From NCBI GenBank assembly GCA_963662275.1, contig OY759316.1, positions 3,520,001 to 3,584,000 of the forward strand: a DNA stretch of 64,000 nucleotides, given 5' to 3'. Positions 48,936 through 59,158 of the stretch are shown here, piece by piece (positions within the stretch are counted from its first letter, which is position 1; the number at the start of each line of letters is the position of its first letter). Below the pieces are notes generated by a model. The model was not told where the DNA came from. It saw only the letters and a list, made by a program, of their open reading frames with translations, and did not search any database. The translations under genes and the position numbers were made by a program. The stretch is from Candidatus Cloacimonadales bacterium. GTDB taxonomy: Bacteria; Cloacimonadota; Cloacimonadia; Cloacimonadales; DAONDQ01.

Positions 48936-51055
48936 GGTAATACCTCCAGGCTATGTACGGCTTTCTCAACTACATCCGATTTGGGATACTGTTCAATGAC
49001 AATTTTGAAGTTTTCCTTCGCTTGTACAGTATCTTTCAAAGCTAAGTAGCAAGCACCTTTCATATAATATGCATCCGGTGTTTTTTTCTTGTTTTCAGAT
49101 ATGATCTGATCAAAAATCAGAATTGCTTCCCCGGATTTGTTTAACATATATAAGCTTTCTGCCAACATATATTTACAATAATAGGCATAGGGACTATTTG
49201 GATGATTTTGAATAAATAGTTTGGCTTTTTCTAAAACAACTTCATTCTTGTTATTATCATACAATGTACGTAAATTCTGATATTCCTGTAGAGTGCTGTT
49301 CTTAGGTTTGCTCTTCTTTGTTTCATTCTTCGAAGTAGTCGTTTTCTGATTCTGTTGCTGTACTTTGTTATTGGATACTGCTTGATTTAAATTTTTCGCA
49401 GTAGAATTCGCTTTTTGAACTGCCGAAGGAATTGCTTTATTTTCTATGGCTTTTTCCTTAACTGGCGGTGTCGGCATCTTCTGCCCTTGCATAATTGTTT
49501 CCAGCTTGGGATAAGAAAACGATAACTCGAAATTCCACATCTGTGTTTTTCCAATAACTTGATTAGTCACTTTAGATATCTTGCCATCAGGAAAAAGCTG
49601 TGCAAAGGCAAGAATATTAGTTCGTTTACTTGTGATTCCGGTTATCGTAAATGATTCTTTGTCGCTTTTTAGATTAATAATCCAACTGATAGGATGATTA
49701 CCCACAGAATTGGCTAAGACATTGAGAATATAACCCCATTCATTCTTACCTTTTAAGAGTTCAAGAATTTTTTGCTGCTGTCCCTGCAGAGACTCAACAC
49801 TCATCAAGCCAGCGATATTGCTTTCAAGTTTTGTTTTATAGGAACGTAACTCACTTTCGAGAACTACATTTGCTTTTTTTTGATGGCTCAATTCATTACT
49901 CAGATTTAGAAAATTCCTTGTAGAATATGCAGTATAAAAGAAAAGTAAGAAAAGAATGATAAAACCATGCCAAGCTAGTTTAAAAATCTTCTGACTTTCA
50001 ATTATCTTTTTTTGTAAGAAATTCGTATTGATAAATTTCTTATTCATCGAATCCATCGATTTCCAGGCAAGGGCAATAGGAATTGCATATTCAGCTAAGT
50101 CTTCTTCTGAAATAGGGTCTGACTCATCTTCACTAACAAGCATATTTTTAAAAGTCATCCTGGAAACTTCTGTTTTGGGAAATTTCTTTTGAAAATATGA
50201 AACATCTTCATTCTTACTATTCTCACCTGCAAGAATTAAATATTGAGGATCTGATATTTGAGCTTCGTCCAAGCCTAAGAGCAACTTTGAATAAATTTCA
50301 TCCCGATTCGTAAACAAATGACTCGCTGTCTGGATCGGAAAAGATTTTACAAAAGCACCATCCCTAATCAAGATTCCTCTTTTGTACTCGAATCCTAGAT
50401 ACAATAGAAGAGCATTAGTATCTGCAGGAAAATCGTAATTCGCATTTAGGATATTAATCAATGAAATGTCATTGGGATCCATAATAGTATAGAAAAATCG
50501 TTTTGCTGTGTGTTCTCGATTATAGCGCCATAGATAATCCAGTAAATTATTAACACCTTTATGTACAATGACCGTACAGTTATCCCCAATCTGGGGAATA
50601 ATTCCAAAAACGGTTTGTTTGTTCTTTCTGTCATCCGGATTCAGTATTTCCTTATTGATAACTCGAATAATATTCTTTGATTGTGCAGACACATTCAGTT
50701 GATAAACTGACAATCTTTCATCATTGGCATTGAGGGCAATTCTTCCTTCATCTAAAGCAAAGAAATCAAGCAACCGTGATTCTGGAGGAATAATTTGGGA
50801 GTCACTTGTATCTGATTCTTGTTCAGCTTGAGTTGTAGTATGATCAAATGGTAAAACGCTTGAAAGATGAAGATCTGTTTCTTCATCCTGAACCACAAAT
50901 TCCTGATTCGGTCTATCGGCATAAAAAGACTTATCCAGCATTGTTTTTTGCAGGTTTATCAGCATGGCAGTACCATTGTACCATCTCATCTGAACAATTT
51001 TAAAACTGGGATTGTCTTCAAATATACCGAAAATGACTTTATCTATATACTTCAT
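48932..51055 (-). CDS. PilM-like/PilN-like fusion with a C-terminal TPR (CpoB/YbgF-like) domain
   Basis: LILAGE and YAIPIALA (PilM-like), TM, W......ITG (PilN-like), linker, F...HPNS...Y.LAESLY...PDAYY.KG...YPKS TPR. Confidence 0.7.
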   Translation of the reverse strand: MKYIDKVIFGIFEDNPSFKIVQMRWYNGTAMLINLQKTMLDKSFYADRPNQEFVVQDEETDLHLSSVLPFDHTTTQAEQESDTSDSQIIPPESRLLDFFALDEGRIALNANDERLSVYQLNVSAQSKNIIRVINKEILNPDDRKNKQTVFGIIPQIGDNCTVIVHKGVNNLLDYLWRYNREHTAKRFFYTIMDPNDISLINILNANYDFPADTNALLLYLGFEYKRGILIRDGAFVKSFPIQTASHLFTNRDEIYSKLLLGLDEAQISDPQYLILAGENSKNEDVSYFQKKFPKTEVSRMTFKNMLVSEDESDPISEEDLAEYAIPIALAWKSMDSMNKKFINTNFLQKKIIESQKIFKLAWHGFIILFLLFFYTAYSTRNFLNLSNELSHQKKANVVLESELRSYKTKLESNIAGLMSVESLQGQQQKILELLKGKNEWGYILNVLANSVGNHPISWIINLKSDKESFTITGITSKRTNILAFAQLFPDGKISKVTNQVIGKTQMWNFELSFSYPKLETIMQGQKMPTPPVKEKAIENKAIPSAVQKANSTAKNLNQAVSNNKVQQQNQKTTTSKNETKKSKPKNSTLQEYQNLRTLYDNNKNEVVLEKAKLFIQNHPNSPYAYYCKYMLAESLYMLNKSGEAILIFDQIISENKKKTPDAYYMKGACYLALKDTVQAKENFKIVIEQYPKSDVVEKAVHSLEVLP

Positions 51056-51127
51056 GTTTCTTCCTTCCTAAGTCAATCCTTCAACTATAAACGCATATAG
51101 TTATATAGGTTAAACCAGGCAAGCTTT

Positions 51128-52339
51128 TTATGTTGATAACAATTGCATCATTCTTCTTTTATTATTAGCATAGCCCATGGCAGTCTCTGCAGTGATCAAT
51201 CCGCGTTTAAAAAGAGTTAGTAAATCTTGTTCAAGTGTTATCATACCAACTTTTTTTCCTTCCGACATCATCTGGTAGATTTCACCGATATTCTTGTTTC
51301 GAATTGCAGCAGAAACTGATGCATCCATAGACAAAATTTCTTTTGCCAGTGTTCTCTTTCCATCTTTCGTTGGTACTAATTTTTGGGAAATAATAACACT
51401 TAAGGTATCTGCTAAGCGGTTACGGATTCTATCTTGTTCTTCTGGGGGAAATTCTGCTACAATACGATGAATACTATCAATGGCTGAACTTGTATGTAAG
51501 GTTGAAAGTGATTTATGGCCACTATCAGTGATTTCCAATACTGTTGCAATGGTTTTGGCGTCTCGCATTTCACCAACGACAATAATATCCGGATCCTGGC
51601 GTAAAGAATCAATAGCCCCTTGAGCAAAAGATGGAACATCAACACCAACTTCTCGATGACGACACAATGATTTTTTTGATTCATGTACAAATTCAATTGG
51701 ATGACCAATGATAATTATATGTGCTTGGCATCTCTGATTGTTCATATCAATAATCACATCAAGAGTTGTACTTTTACCGGAACCTGTAATACCTGTGACA
51801 AGTATTAAACCTGATTTCTCATAATTCAAATCCATTCTATCGACAATCGGTTTGGGAAAATCAAGAAAATCAAGGCTATAAATTTTAGGATTAATTCTTC
51901 TAAAATTGATCGCTGTATATCGTCGTTCCAAGTATACATCACCTCGAAAGCGGGATTGTACATCTTCTTGTTCAAAAGCGACATTAACAGAGAAATCTAT
52001 ATTTTTATGCGTATAAAAAAATTCTTTCTGCGATCTGCTCAAATAACTGAGAATCATGAAAGAAGATTCAATTTCCGAATAAGTATCTACTTGAGGAAAG
52101 GGGGTTTTCCTTCCATGAACACGATACCATACTTGCGAGCGGGCACCTGGTGCACCAAAATCTATATCAGAAGCTTCGATTTCTTCCATATAGTGAAGAA
52201 GCATATATAAATGCTGTAAAGCTTCTTCCTGCCAGACTGGATTCTTTTCGATTAAGATATCCAGCTTTTGGCATAATTCAATTCCAGGAAGATTCAAACT
52301 CTGGTATTTTTCAAGTTCTGTAGAAAATGAGAGTCCCAT
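51128..52339 (-). CDS. pilT: PilT/PilU-family retraction ATPase
   Basis: GLILVTGITGSGKSTT, REVG.D, LRQDPDIIVVGEMRD, GH....TLH, ISQ.L motifs. Confidence 0.9.
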   Translation of the reverse strand: MGLSFSTELEKYQSLNLPGIELCQKLDILIEKNPVWQEEALQHLYMLLHYMEEIEASDIDFGAPGARSQVWYRVHGRKTPFPQVDTYSEIESSFMILSYLSRSQKEFFYTHKNIDFSVNVAFEQEDVQSRFRGDVYLERRYTAINFRRINPKIYSLDFLDFPKPIVDRMDLNYEKSGLILVTGITGSGKSTTLDVIIDMNNQRCQAHIIIIGHPIEFVHESKKSLCRHREVGVDVPSFAQGAIDSLRQDPDIIVVGEMRDAKTIATVLEITDSGHKSLSTLHTSSAIDSIHRIVAEFPPEEQDRIRNRLADTLSVIISQKLVPTKDGKRTLAKEILSMDASVSAAIRNKNIGEIYQMMSEGKKVGMITLEQDLLTLFKRGLITAETAMGYANNKRRMMQLLST

Positions 52340-52352
52340 AATAATACCTTAA

Positions 52353-53210
52353 TTAGATTCTATTGGATTCATAACCGGTGAAAGAACCAATTTTCACCAG
52401 TGCTTTTTTCCATTTTAAGTAGAGAATTGTCATGAGATTGATGGTAAATCTCTTCGTTAATGATTCATCTTTATAGGTAAAAAACTCTATGATCTTTTTC
52501 CTGCTGTAATGCTGGACTTTAACTTCTGATTCAGCTCTCAAACTGGTAAATAGATAAGCAGGGGACATGAATGTCTCTTCCCCCCAGCTCTCGCCCGGAT
52601 GTAATCGTTCAACCTGGACATCACCTATCCATATGGAAATCTCGCCATTTTCAATAAGAATAATGCTGCCGGGATCATCAAAGAGGGAAATATCTGTACC
52701 AGAATCATAATTAACTACTTTAGCAATTTCATGAAATTCTTTTTTTTCTTCTGTGTTAAAGCCTCTGAGTAATTGTGAATCCAGAAGATTGTCTGTATCA
52801 TCTGATAATCCTAATATTGGTTTTAACAAGTTATTCTTTAATTCTTCATGACGTTTTAAACCAGCTTCGACAACTTTACATAATTCGTCTTTTGAAACAG
52901 GTTTTGTCAAATAATGAAATGCACCGCTACGTACAGCATTCATTCCTCTTTCTATACTAAAATATCCTGTTATGATGATGATTACAGCTAAAGGGTCTGC
53001 CATTTTAATTCTCTGCATTAATTCTAAACCATTCATCCCCGGTATTAATACATCGAGAATATACAAATCAAATTTCTCCATACAACTTCTATTGAGTGCA
53101 TCTGTTCCGTCAATCGCAGTACTGACCTCATACCCGATACTTTCAAGTAATTCTTGAAAAATAACTCGAATTTCCTGTTCATCATCAACAACCAGTATTT
53201 TGTTACTCAT
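52353..53210 (-). CDS. Response regulator: receiver plus cNMP-binding-like domain
   Basis: ILVVDD, D...PG.NG, KP; C-terminal I..G.I.I.....L.PGE.WGE...SLRA. Confidence 0.8.
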   Translation of the reverse strand: MSNKILVVDDEQEIRVIFQELLESIGYEVSTAIDGTDALNRSCMEKFDLYILDVLIPGMNGLELMQRIKMADPLAVIIIITGYFSIERGMNAVRSGAFHYLTKPVSKDELCKVVEAGLKRHEELKNNLLKPILGLSDDTDNLLDSQLLRGFNTEEKKEFHEIAKVVNYDSGTDISLFDDPGSIILIENGEISIWIGDVQVERLHPGESWGEETFMSPAYLFTSLRAESEVKVQHYSRKKIIEFFTYKDESLTKRFTINLMTILYLKWKKALVKIGSFTGYESNRI

Positions 53211-53225
53211 AATATCCTCGATCTG

Positions 53226-53792
53226 TTAAGGTAGATACAGATTTTTAAAATAACACCAGAAGGAGACCTTATTCTTCATCGTTGGTCTTCCTACTAGTGA
53301 GGATGGTTTTTCTAATGATAAATCAACACGTATCGAACGAATATCTGCCAAAGTGGCAGTAATATTGCCACTTACATCATAATATGTGAATGCAATTGAT
53401 TTAAACCATTGAACAGCATAAAAATCACTAACAGGTAGATTATGACAAGTCACTAATACATCTCTGCCCAATTGATTGTAATTGGTTCCCTGTCTGATCC
53501 ATATCGTATCTTTTACAGTACTTAGCGTATCACCGAATACATCCCACTGTGTGCGGAACTTGAATTCAGTTGCAGAGGCTGTCACAATAGCAGTACCATC
53601 ATGAATACCAATTCCTACTAAACCTAATGTACTTTGCATTTGGTTGCATAAATGTTCGGTATTCTTATGGATCGGAACGGTATCAGCCAGATCGCGAGAA
53701 TTTACTTGAATATTGAACAACGTCGTCATCATCGAAATCAGGAATAATCCACCTATCACCAGAGCAGCTAAGACGCCAATCATTTGAGCCAT
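53226..53792 (-). CDS. Minor pilin-like protein (PilW-like)
   Basis: N-terminal hydrophobic helix with no basic leader; F.YYD..G...IRSI.V motif; locus context. Confidence 0.65.
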   Translation of the reverse strand: MAQMIGVLAALVIGGLFLISMMTTLFNIQVNSRDLADTVPIHKNTEHLCNQMQSTLGLVGIGIHDGTAIVTASATEFKFRTQWDVFGDTLSTVKDTIWIRQGTNYNQLGRDVLVTCHNLPVSDFYAVQWFKSIAFTYYDVSGNITATLADIRSIRVDLSLEKPSSLVGRPTMKNKVSFWCYFKNLYLP

Positions 53793-53800
53793 AATAACCT

Positions 53801-54211
53801 CTAGTCCACTTTCCTGTACAAACGAGACATCGCTACAGACTGAATCGTTATCGGTGTCGTCGTTACGGTAACAGTAAGTTTTCGATATGTTGTCGTAGAA
53901 CCTGTTGTAGTTCCCAGAGAATCAACGTTTGCGACTCCAATCGTAACATTGTAGACCATATCATTTGCTATTGGCTGTACGGTACGGGTTCCAGAATAAT
54001 TTGTACCAATCTGCTCTATTGTCATTAACTTTCCATACAATTTGGCATCAACCTCATCCATATATCGCTGAGCTAAATTTGTTGCCTGTAAAATATACGT
54101 AGAACGTTGGAGCTGCTCTACTTCAGAGATAATACTTTTATTTGTGACGATTGCAAGCTTCGTAAAAAGAACAACAGATAGCAAAACAAGAATCATTTCA
54201 CGCAGTCCCAT
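53801..54211 (-). CDS. Minor pilin-like protein (PilV-like)
   Basis: MGLREMILVLL hydrophobic N-terminus; A..LAQ..MDE; KLTVTV motif. Confidence 0.65.
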   Translation of the reverse strand: MGLREMILVLLSVVLFTKLAIVTNKSIISEVEQLQRSTYILQATNLAQRYMDEVDAKLYGKLMTIEQIGTNYSGTRTVQPIANDMVYNVTIGVANVDSLGTTTGSTTTYRKLTVTVTTTPITIQSVAMSRLYRKVD

Positions 54212-54213
54212 GA

Positions 54214-56037
54214 TTAGTTATCCCCTGCTGTGGCATAAGCAACTTCACCTAAAGTTGTCAATCCATCACGTATACGAGCTAAACCGGATTGTCTCATGGA
54301 AAGCATCCCATGTTTTTCAGCTAATTCACGTATCGCTTCCTCATTGATTTCATTACCTGCTTTCACGATAGATTCTCGAATTTCAGGATAAAAATATAGC
54401 GCTTCCGCAATGTTGACACGACCTTTGAAACCATGACTGCATTTGGGACATCCTACTTCTTCAAAAATCTGTCCCTTTTCCAGTTCTTCCTGTTTTATAC
54501 CCAATTCCAGGGCAGCAGTCCAAAATTCCTTCGAGAGTGGTCTCTTGCAGAAGGGGCATAGCTGTCTAACCAAGCGTTGAGCAATGATAATATTGATGGA
54601 ATATGCAAGAAGAAAAGGTTCGATACCCATTTTATACAAACGAGAAATAGCACTCGGAGCATCATTTGTATGGAGAGTTGAAAATGTTAAGTGCCCAGTA
54701 TTTGCTAGCTTTACTGCTATTTCTGCAGTGATCCGGTCACGAATTTCACCAACCATAACAACATCCGGATCATGACGCAGGATAGAGCGTATCGCTTCCT
54801 CGAAACTCATTCTATGACTGATCTTTAATTGTCTTGCCCCATTAATAACATACTCAACTGGGTCTTCAACTGTCAAAACATTCAAGGTAGGATTAATAAC
54901 GTGATGTAAAGCTGCCATCAAGGTTGTACTTTTTCCACTTCCTGTAGGTCCTGTTACAATGATGATACCTTTCGAAGTAGAAATTGACTTGATAAATTCT
55001 TGTTCCGCCTGTGTTTGGAAACCAAGTTTCTTGAAGTCAGTAACCACTTTTCTGTCATCAATAACACGAATAACGATACTTTCAAATCTTCTTTCATATT
55101 CTGCTGAGACAATAGGTAAAACTGAAACACGAAAACGAATGATATGATCATCGATCAATCGTTGTGCAAATCCATCCTGGGCTGAATCACGTTCGAAACG
55201 ATCAATACCGACTGATCTGTCTTTGATTACTGCAATGTAAGCTTCTGGAGGAGTATTCTCTTGTCGAAACCAGAGCTGCAATTTTCCATCAATACGTAAA
55301 TATATATCAAATGATGTTTTACTTTGCGGTACGATATGAATATCGCTGGCACTCTTTCTTACAGCTTCGATCAAACTGCCTTCAAATAAATTTACTAACA
55401 GACTCTTGTTGATTTCATCATCTAATTCATGCTCATCGATTGCATTTTCGATTTCTTTCGAATCGACAATCATCTCCCCGGCTTCTTCTAATAATTGGAG
55501 AAATTCATTTTTCTGAGGAGAAATTTTATTGATGACTTCATCCAGATTTTTTAGCGGACAGTAGACAACTTCATACTTTCTGAATTCTGTTCTAAATGGT
55601 ATTTCATGAATCACTTTAACTGTTGGATCAGCAGCTAAAAGTAATAATGAATCTCGTGAACCAGGTTGCATTTTAAAGGGAAACACTTTTTCATAGAGAA
55701 GCTTTTCTTTAAAATCATTCGGAAACTTCTGGAGCAACTCCTTGGTTTGAGTGATTTGTTTTTGTTCCATAGATTCAACATCTATTTCTAATTTCCGAAA
55801 TGCATACATTTCTGCTAAAGTACCGAAAACAATATCATGAGCAATATTCAATTTATAGACCAATATTTGGGCAAGACATCTGGGGGTTTCTTCACCGGTT
55901 TCAGTCATTTTATACAATGCATTTATTAAGATAGCCCGATCAACCAATCCTTTTTCATCAAGGATTTGGGCTAACCTTGATTTGTCAAATAGTGATCTGT
56001 CGTTTTGACTATGATCACCAACACTCATATCACTCAT
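54214..56037 (-). CDS. pilB: PilB/GspE assembly ATPase
   Basis: ASDIH, QDG, GPTGSGKSTT, TVEDPVE, LRHDPD.VMVGEIRD, TGHL.FSTLH, CPFC...CPKC motifs. Confidence 0.95.
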   Translation of the reverse strand: MSDMSVGDHSQNDRSLFDKSRLAQILDEKGLVDRAILINALYKMTETGEETPRCLAQILVYKLNIAHDIVFGTLAEMYAFRKLEIDVESMEQKQITQTKELLQKFPNDFKEKLLYEKVFPFKMQPGSRDSLLLLAADPTVKVIHEIPFRTEFRKYEVVYCPLKNLDEVINKISPQKNEFLQLLEEAGEMIVDSKEIENAIDEHELDDEINKSLLVNLFEGSLIEAVRKSASDIHIVPQSKTSFDIYLRIDGKLQLWFRQENTPPEAYIAVIKDRSVGIDRFERDSAQDGFAQRLIDDHIIRFRVSVLPIVSAEYERRFESIVIRVIDDRKVVTDFKKLGFQTQAEQEFIKSISTSKGIIIVTGPTGSGKSTTLMAALHHVINPTLNVLTVEDPVEYVINGARQLKISHRMSFEEAIRSILRHDPDVVMVGEIRDRITAEIAVKLANTGHLTFSTLHTNDAPSAISRLYKMGIEPFLLAYSINIIIAQRLVRQLCPFCKRPLSKEFWTAALELGIKQEELEKGQIFEEVGCPKCSHGFKGRVNIAEALYFYPEIRESIVKAGNEINEEAIRELAEKHGMLSMRQSGLARIRDGLTTLGEVAYATAGDN

Positions 56038-56055
56038 TAAACAGCCCCTTGCTTG

Positions 56056-57396
56056 TTAGTGAGGTGTCGGCGGTGAAACCGTTGCGATTTCTGCTGATAC
56101 TACGGTTAAAAATGTAATAGCGATGGCAATGAACAATCCTACGAAAGTTTGAATATATTCGATCAGTGCTTTCATTTTATACGTTGTCTCTGCTTCATAG
56201 AAGGAAGAAATCTGTTGGGCTGCCTGGAGAATGTTACCGGTTTCAGCTCCTGTCCGCAACCGAGTTAAAACGGTTCTATTGAACACTTCAGAAGCCTCCA
56301 TGGCAGGAACAAATGCTTCCCCTTCTTTTAACATCAAAGGAATTGTGATGTTCTTTATTGCATTCTCCATATATTTATTACGACAGGCATCGGCTGCGGT
56401 TCTTATCGTCTCGATATTATCACCGGCACCACTATAAATGGTAGCAAAAACACGAAAATAGATTTCAAGGCTTTGTTTATAGATTAAATGACCAATCATC
56501 GGTAATTTGATTAAATGCTGATCACGCCAGACCTTACCTTTCTCTGTAGACCACCACCGTGCAACAATGATGATCGGGACAATAATAACGATGAGAAGAT
56601 AAATATAGGTCTTACCTAGCCAGTTACTCATTGCCAGCGTTCCCTTTGTAAGAGGAGGTATTGGCATACCGAACCGAACAAACATATTGGCAGTCGAAGG
56701 AAAGATATCCACAACATAATAAGCGAGAGCACCAATTGTCGCAAATATTGAAAATGCCGGTGCGATGAGGGCTTGCTTGACACTTTTTCGAATTTCCGTA
56801 TCTCTTTCCACGAATTTGGTTGTTGCTTCAAAGATCTCAGCCATATTACCGCTTTTTGTTGCAAGACCAAGCATGAAAGCAGGGAATCGTCCAAAAACAT
56901 CTTCATATCTCTTGAACACTTCTTTGCCTTCAACACCATTTTTTAACTGGTTTTCTATTTGGAGCAATGTTTCCTTCATTACCTTATTGGTTTGTTCTTC
57001 AGCTAACATGCTTAATATCTTTCCAAAGCTCATTCTATCCTTCAACATATTTGTACTCAGCTTAATAAACATCATAACATCATCTTTTGAAGGCTTCATT
57101 TTAATATCAAGTAAAACAGGGCGAATTTTAAACTGGTGGTACCCCATTCTCTGTAAAGCACTGGCAACTTCTTCTTTTGTAAAGGCATTCTGTCTTCCAG
57201 TAAATGTTTTTCCACTTGGAAGCTTTACCATATAGATGAATTCTCTTTTTTCTTCAATCGAAGAAATCCGGAGTTTATGGCGTTTAGTTAAAATACCAAT
57301 TTGTTCCTTGGCTTTTTTCTTATTGTACGCCATGAGGGATCCAGAGATTAATTTGCCTTCATTTGAATAGGCTTTGAACCTGAATTCCTTAATCAT
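56056..57396 (-). CDS. pilC: PilC/GspF inner-membrane platform protein
   Basis: F.F.A....G....G, two T2SSF repeats, GAETG motif. Confidence 0.9.
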   Translation of the reverse strand: MIKEFRFKAYSNEGKLISGSLMAYNKKKAKEQIGILTKRHKLRISSIEEKREFIYMVKLPSGKTFTGRQNAFTKEEVASALQRMGYHQFKIRPVLLDIKMKPSKDDVMMFIKLSTNMLKDRMSFGKILSMLAEEQTNKVMKETLLQIENQLKNGVEGKEVFKRYEDVFGRFPAFMLGLATKSGNMAEIFEATTKFVERDTEIRKSVKQALIAPAFSIFATIGALAYYVVDIFPSTANMFVRFGMPIPPLTKGTLAMSNWLGKTYIYLLIVIIVPIIIVARWWSTEKGKVWRDQHLIKLPMIGHLIYKQSLEIYFRVFATIYSGAGDNIETIRTAADACRNKYMENAIKNITIPLMLKEGEAFVPAMEASEVFNRTVLTRLRTGAETGNILQAAQQISSFYEAETTYKMKALIEYIQTFVGLFIAIAITFLTVVSAEIATVSPPTPH

Positions 57397-57458
57397 CTTA
57401 TACCACCATTAAATCGTCATTTATTTGTAAGCATTTTCCTTTCGTTAGATATACTAAT

Positions 57459-57482
57459 AAAAAAGGGAGATTTTACCTCCCT
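57459..57482 (-). terminator. Hairpin with T-run between the pilins and pilC
   Basis: AGGGAG-GTAAAAT-CTCCCT-TTTTT on the minus strand. Confidence 0.55.
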
Positions 57483-57630
57483 ATTCTGCATCAATTCAAG
57501 TTTTGTCAATGTTTTTAGCAGAACAAGGGATGAATATGACATACATAATTCTATTATTTTTTTAAATAATCTGAGATAAGTGTCTTTAGCATTCCACTTG
57601 TTCACTACTTGATAAACACACTATTGAATA

Positions 57631-57656
57631 GAGAAAGGGGGGAGAATCCTCCCCCC
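57631..57656 (-). terminator. Intrinsic terminator after the pilin trio
   Basis: GGGGGGAG-GATT-CTCCCCCC-TTTCTC on the minus strand. Confidence 0.75.
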
Positions 57657-57675
57657 AACATGAATTTGGATTCAA

Positions 57676-58119
57676 TCAATTAGTGATTGTCGTTGTTAAT
57701 GGGCTTGCAGCAGAAGCTGTAACGGTTACAACGGCTTTAACCAAAACACCGGCTTTCGTCTTTTCTGTTCCCTCACCTGTAATTGTGATTACGGTTGAGC
57801 TGGTATAACCAAGAGTAAACGTACCTGTATCATCTGTTAAAGTACCATCATCTGCAAAACCCATAGCAATACCAACACCTGCTTTTGCAGCAGTTATGTT
57901 AGCACCGAAACCAACGGTTCCGGATCCGCCACCGCCACCCTGGCTTGCAGGAGTCTTGTAATACTGCATGGCAGCAGCGCCAAAGTTCTGAAGTTCACCG
58001 ACCAGAGCCTGGCGGTTTGAGTTCGTGGCTTGTGTGGCAAACATTGTGATACCGACTGCGACGGCGACGCCAACGATGATAACGCTAAGTACGATCAAGA
58101 GTATTTGTTGTGTTCCCAT
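57676..58119 (-). CDS. Major pilin-like protein, copy 3
   Basis: MGTQQILLIVLSVIIVGVAVAVG; AGGAG RBS; 147 aa. Confidence 0.85.
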   Translation of the reverse strand: MGTQQILLIVLSVIIVGVAVAVGITMFATQATNSNRQALVGELQNFGAAAMQYYKTPASQGGGGGSGTVGFGANITAAKAGVGIAMGFADDGTLTDDTGTFTLGYTSSTVITITGEGTEKTKAGVLVKAVVTVTASAASPLTTTITN

Positions 58120-58144
58120 TTTTGTTTCTCCTTTCCTTGTTGTT

Positions 58145-58588
58145 TTATTTGATTATGGCTGTTGCTAATGGACTTGCTGCAGTTGCTGTTACTGTAACTT
58201 TCGCTTTTACTAGTTCACCGGCTTTTGTCTTTTCTGTTCCCTCACCTGTAATATCAATAGTATCTGAATCTGTATAACCAAGTGTGAAGGTTCCTGTGTC
58301 ATCAGTTAATGTGCCAGCGGCTAAAAATCCCATGGCAACACCAACCCCTAATTTTGCAGCAGCTAAGTTAGCTCCGAAACCGACTGTTCCCGTTCCGCCA
58401 CCACCGCCTTGGCTGACTGGAGTCTTGTAATATTGCATGGCTGCTGCACCGAAGTTTTGAAGTTCACCGACCAGAGCCTGGCGGTTGGAATTCGTTGCCT
58501 GGGTCGCAAACATTGTAATACCGACAGCGACAGCGACACCAACGATGATCACACTAAGTACGATAAGTAGAATTTGTTGTGTTCCCAT
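58145..58588 (-). CDS. Major pilin-like protein, copy 2
   Basis: Same N-terminus; AGGAG RBS; 147 aa. Confidence 0.85.
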   Translation of the reverse strand: MGTQQILLIVLSVIIVGVAVAVGITMFATQATNSNRQALVGELQNFGAAAMQYYKTPVSQGGGGGTGTVGFGANLAAAKLGVGVAMGFLAAGTLTDDTGTFTLGYTDSDTIDITGEGTEKTKAGELVKAKVTVTATAASPLATAIIK

Positions 58589-58613
58589 TTTGTTTCTCCT
58601 TCTTTAAGTTTGG

Positions 58614-59057
58614 TTATTTTAGGATAGTTGTTGCCAACGGATTAGCATTAGTTGCAGTGATCGTCATCCTTGCAGATACAAATTCATTTGCCTTGGTTTT
58701 TTCTGTGCCCACACCTGTAATGGTCACTACGGTGGCACTGGTCCAACCAAGAGTAAAGACACCTGTGTCATCTGTTAAAGTACCTGCAGCAGCATCAAAG
58801 CCCATAGCCACTCCTACGCCTGCTTTTGCACCTGCAAGATCAGCACCGAATCCGGGAGTACCGGCTCCACCACCACCTAAACTTGATGGTGTTTTGTAAT
58901 ACTGAATTGCAGCAGCACCAAAGTTCTGAAGTTCGCTTACCACAGCTTGTCTGTTCGAGTTCGTCGCTTGTGTAGCAAACATCGATATACCCACAGCGAC
59001 CGCAACACCAACGATGATCACACTTAGTACAATCAGAAGTATTTGTTGTGTTCCCAT
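58614..59057 (-). CDS. Major pilin-like protein, copy 1; start revised
   Basis: AAGGAG RBS before ATG 59057 gives 147 aa, like its paralogs. Confidence 0.85.
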   Translation of the reverse strand: MGTQQILLIVLSVIIVGVAVAVGISMFATQATNSNRQAVVSELQNFGAAAIQYYKTPSSLGGGGAGTPGFGADLAGAKAGVGVAMGFDAAAGTLTDDTGVFTLGWTSATVVTITGVGTEKTKANEFVSARMTITATNANPLATTILK

Positions 59058-59158
59058 TTTAAGCTCCTTTGTTTGTTTTTGTGAAACATTAAGATCTAAA
59101 TTTTTTAGATCTGCCAAAATTTTATCAATCACACTATGGAAGAATCATCAACCTATAA

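Noticed and set aside
58614..59132. 172-aa pilin with a 25-aa leader
   Set aside because: The RBS sits before ATG 59057, giving 147 aa like both paralogs, and the extension does not resemble a class III leader.
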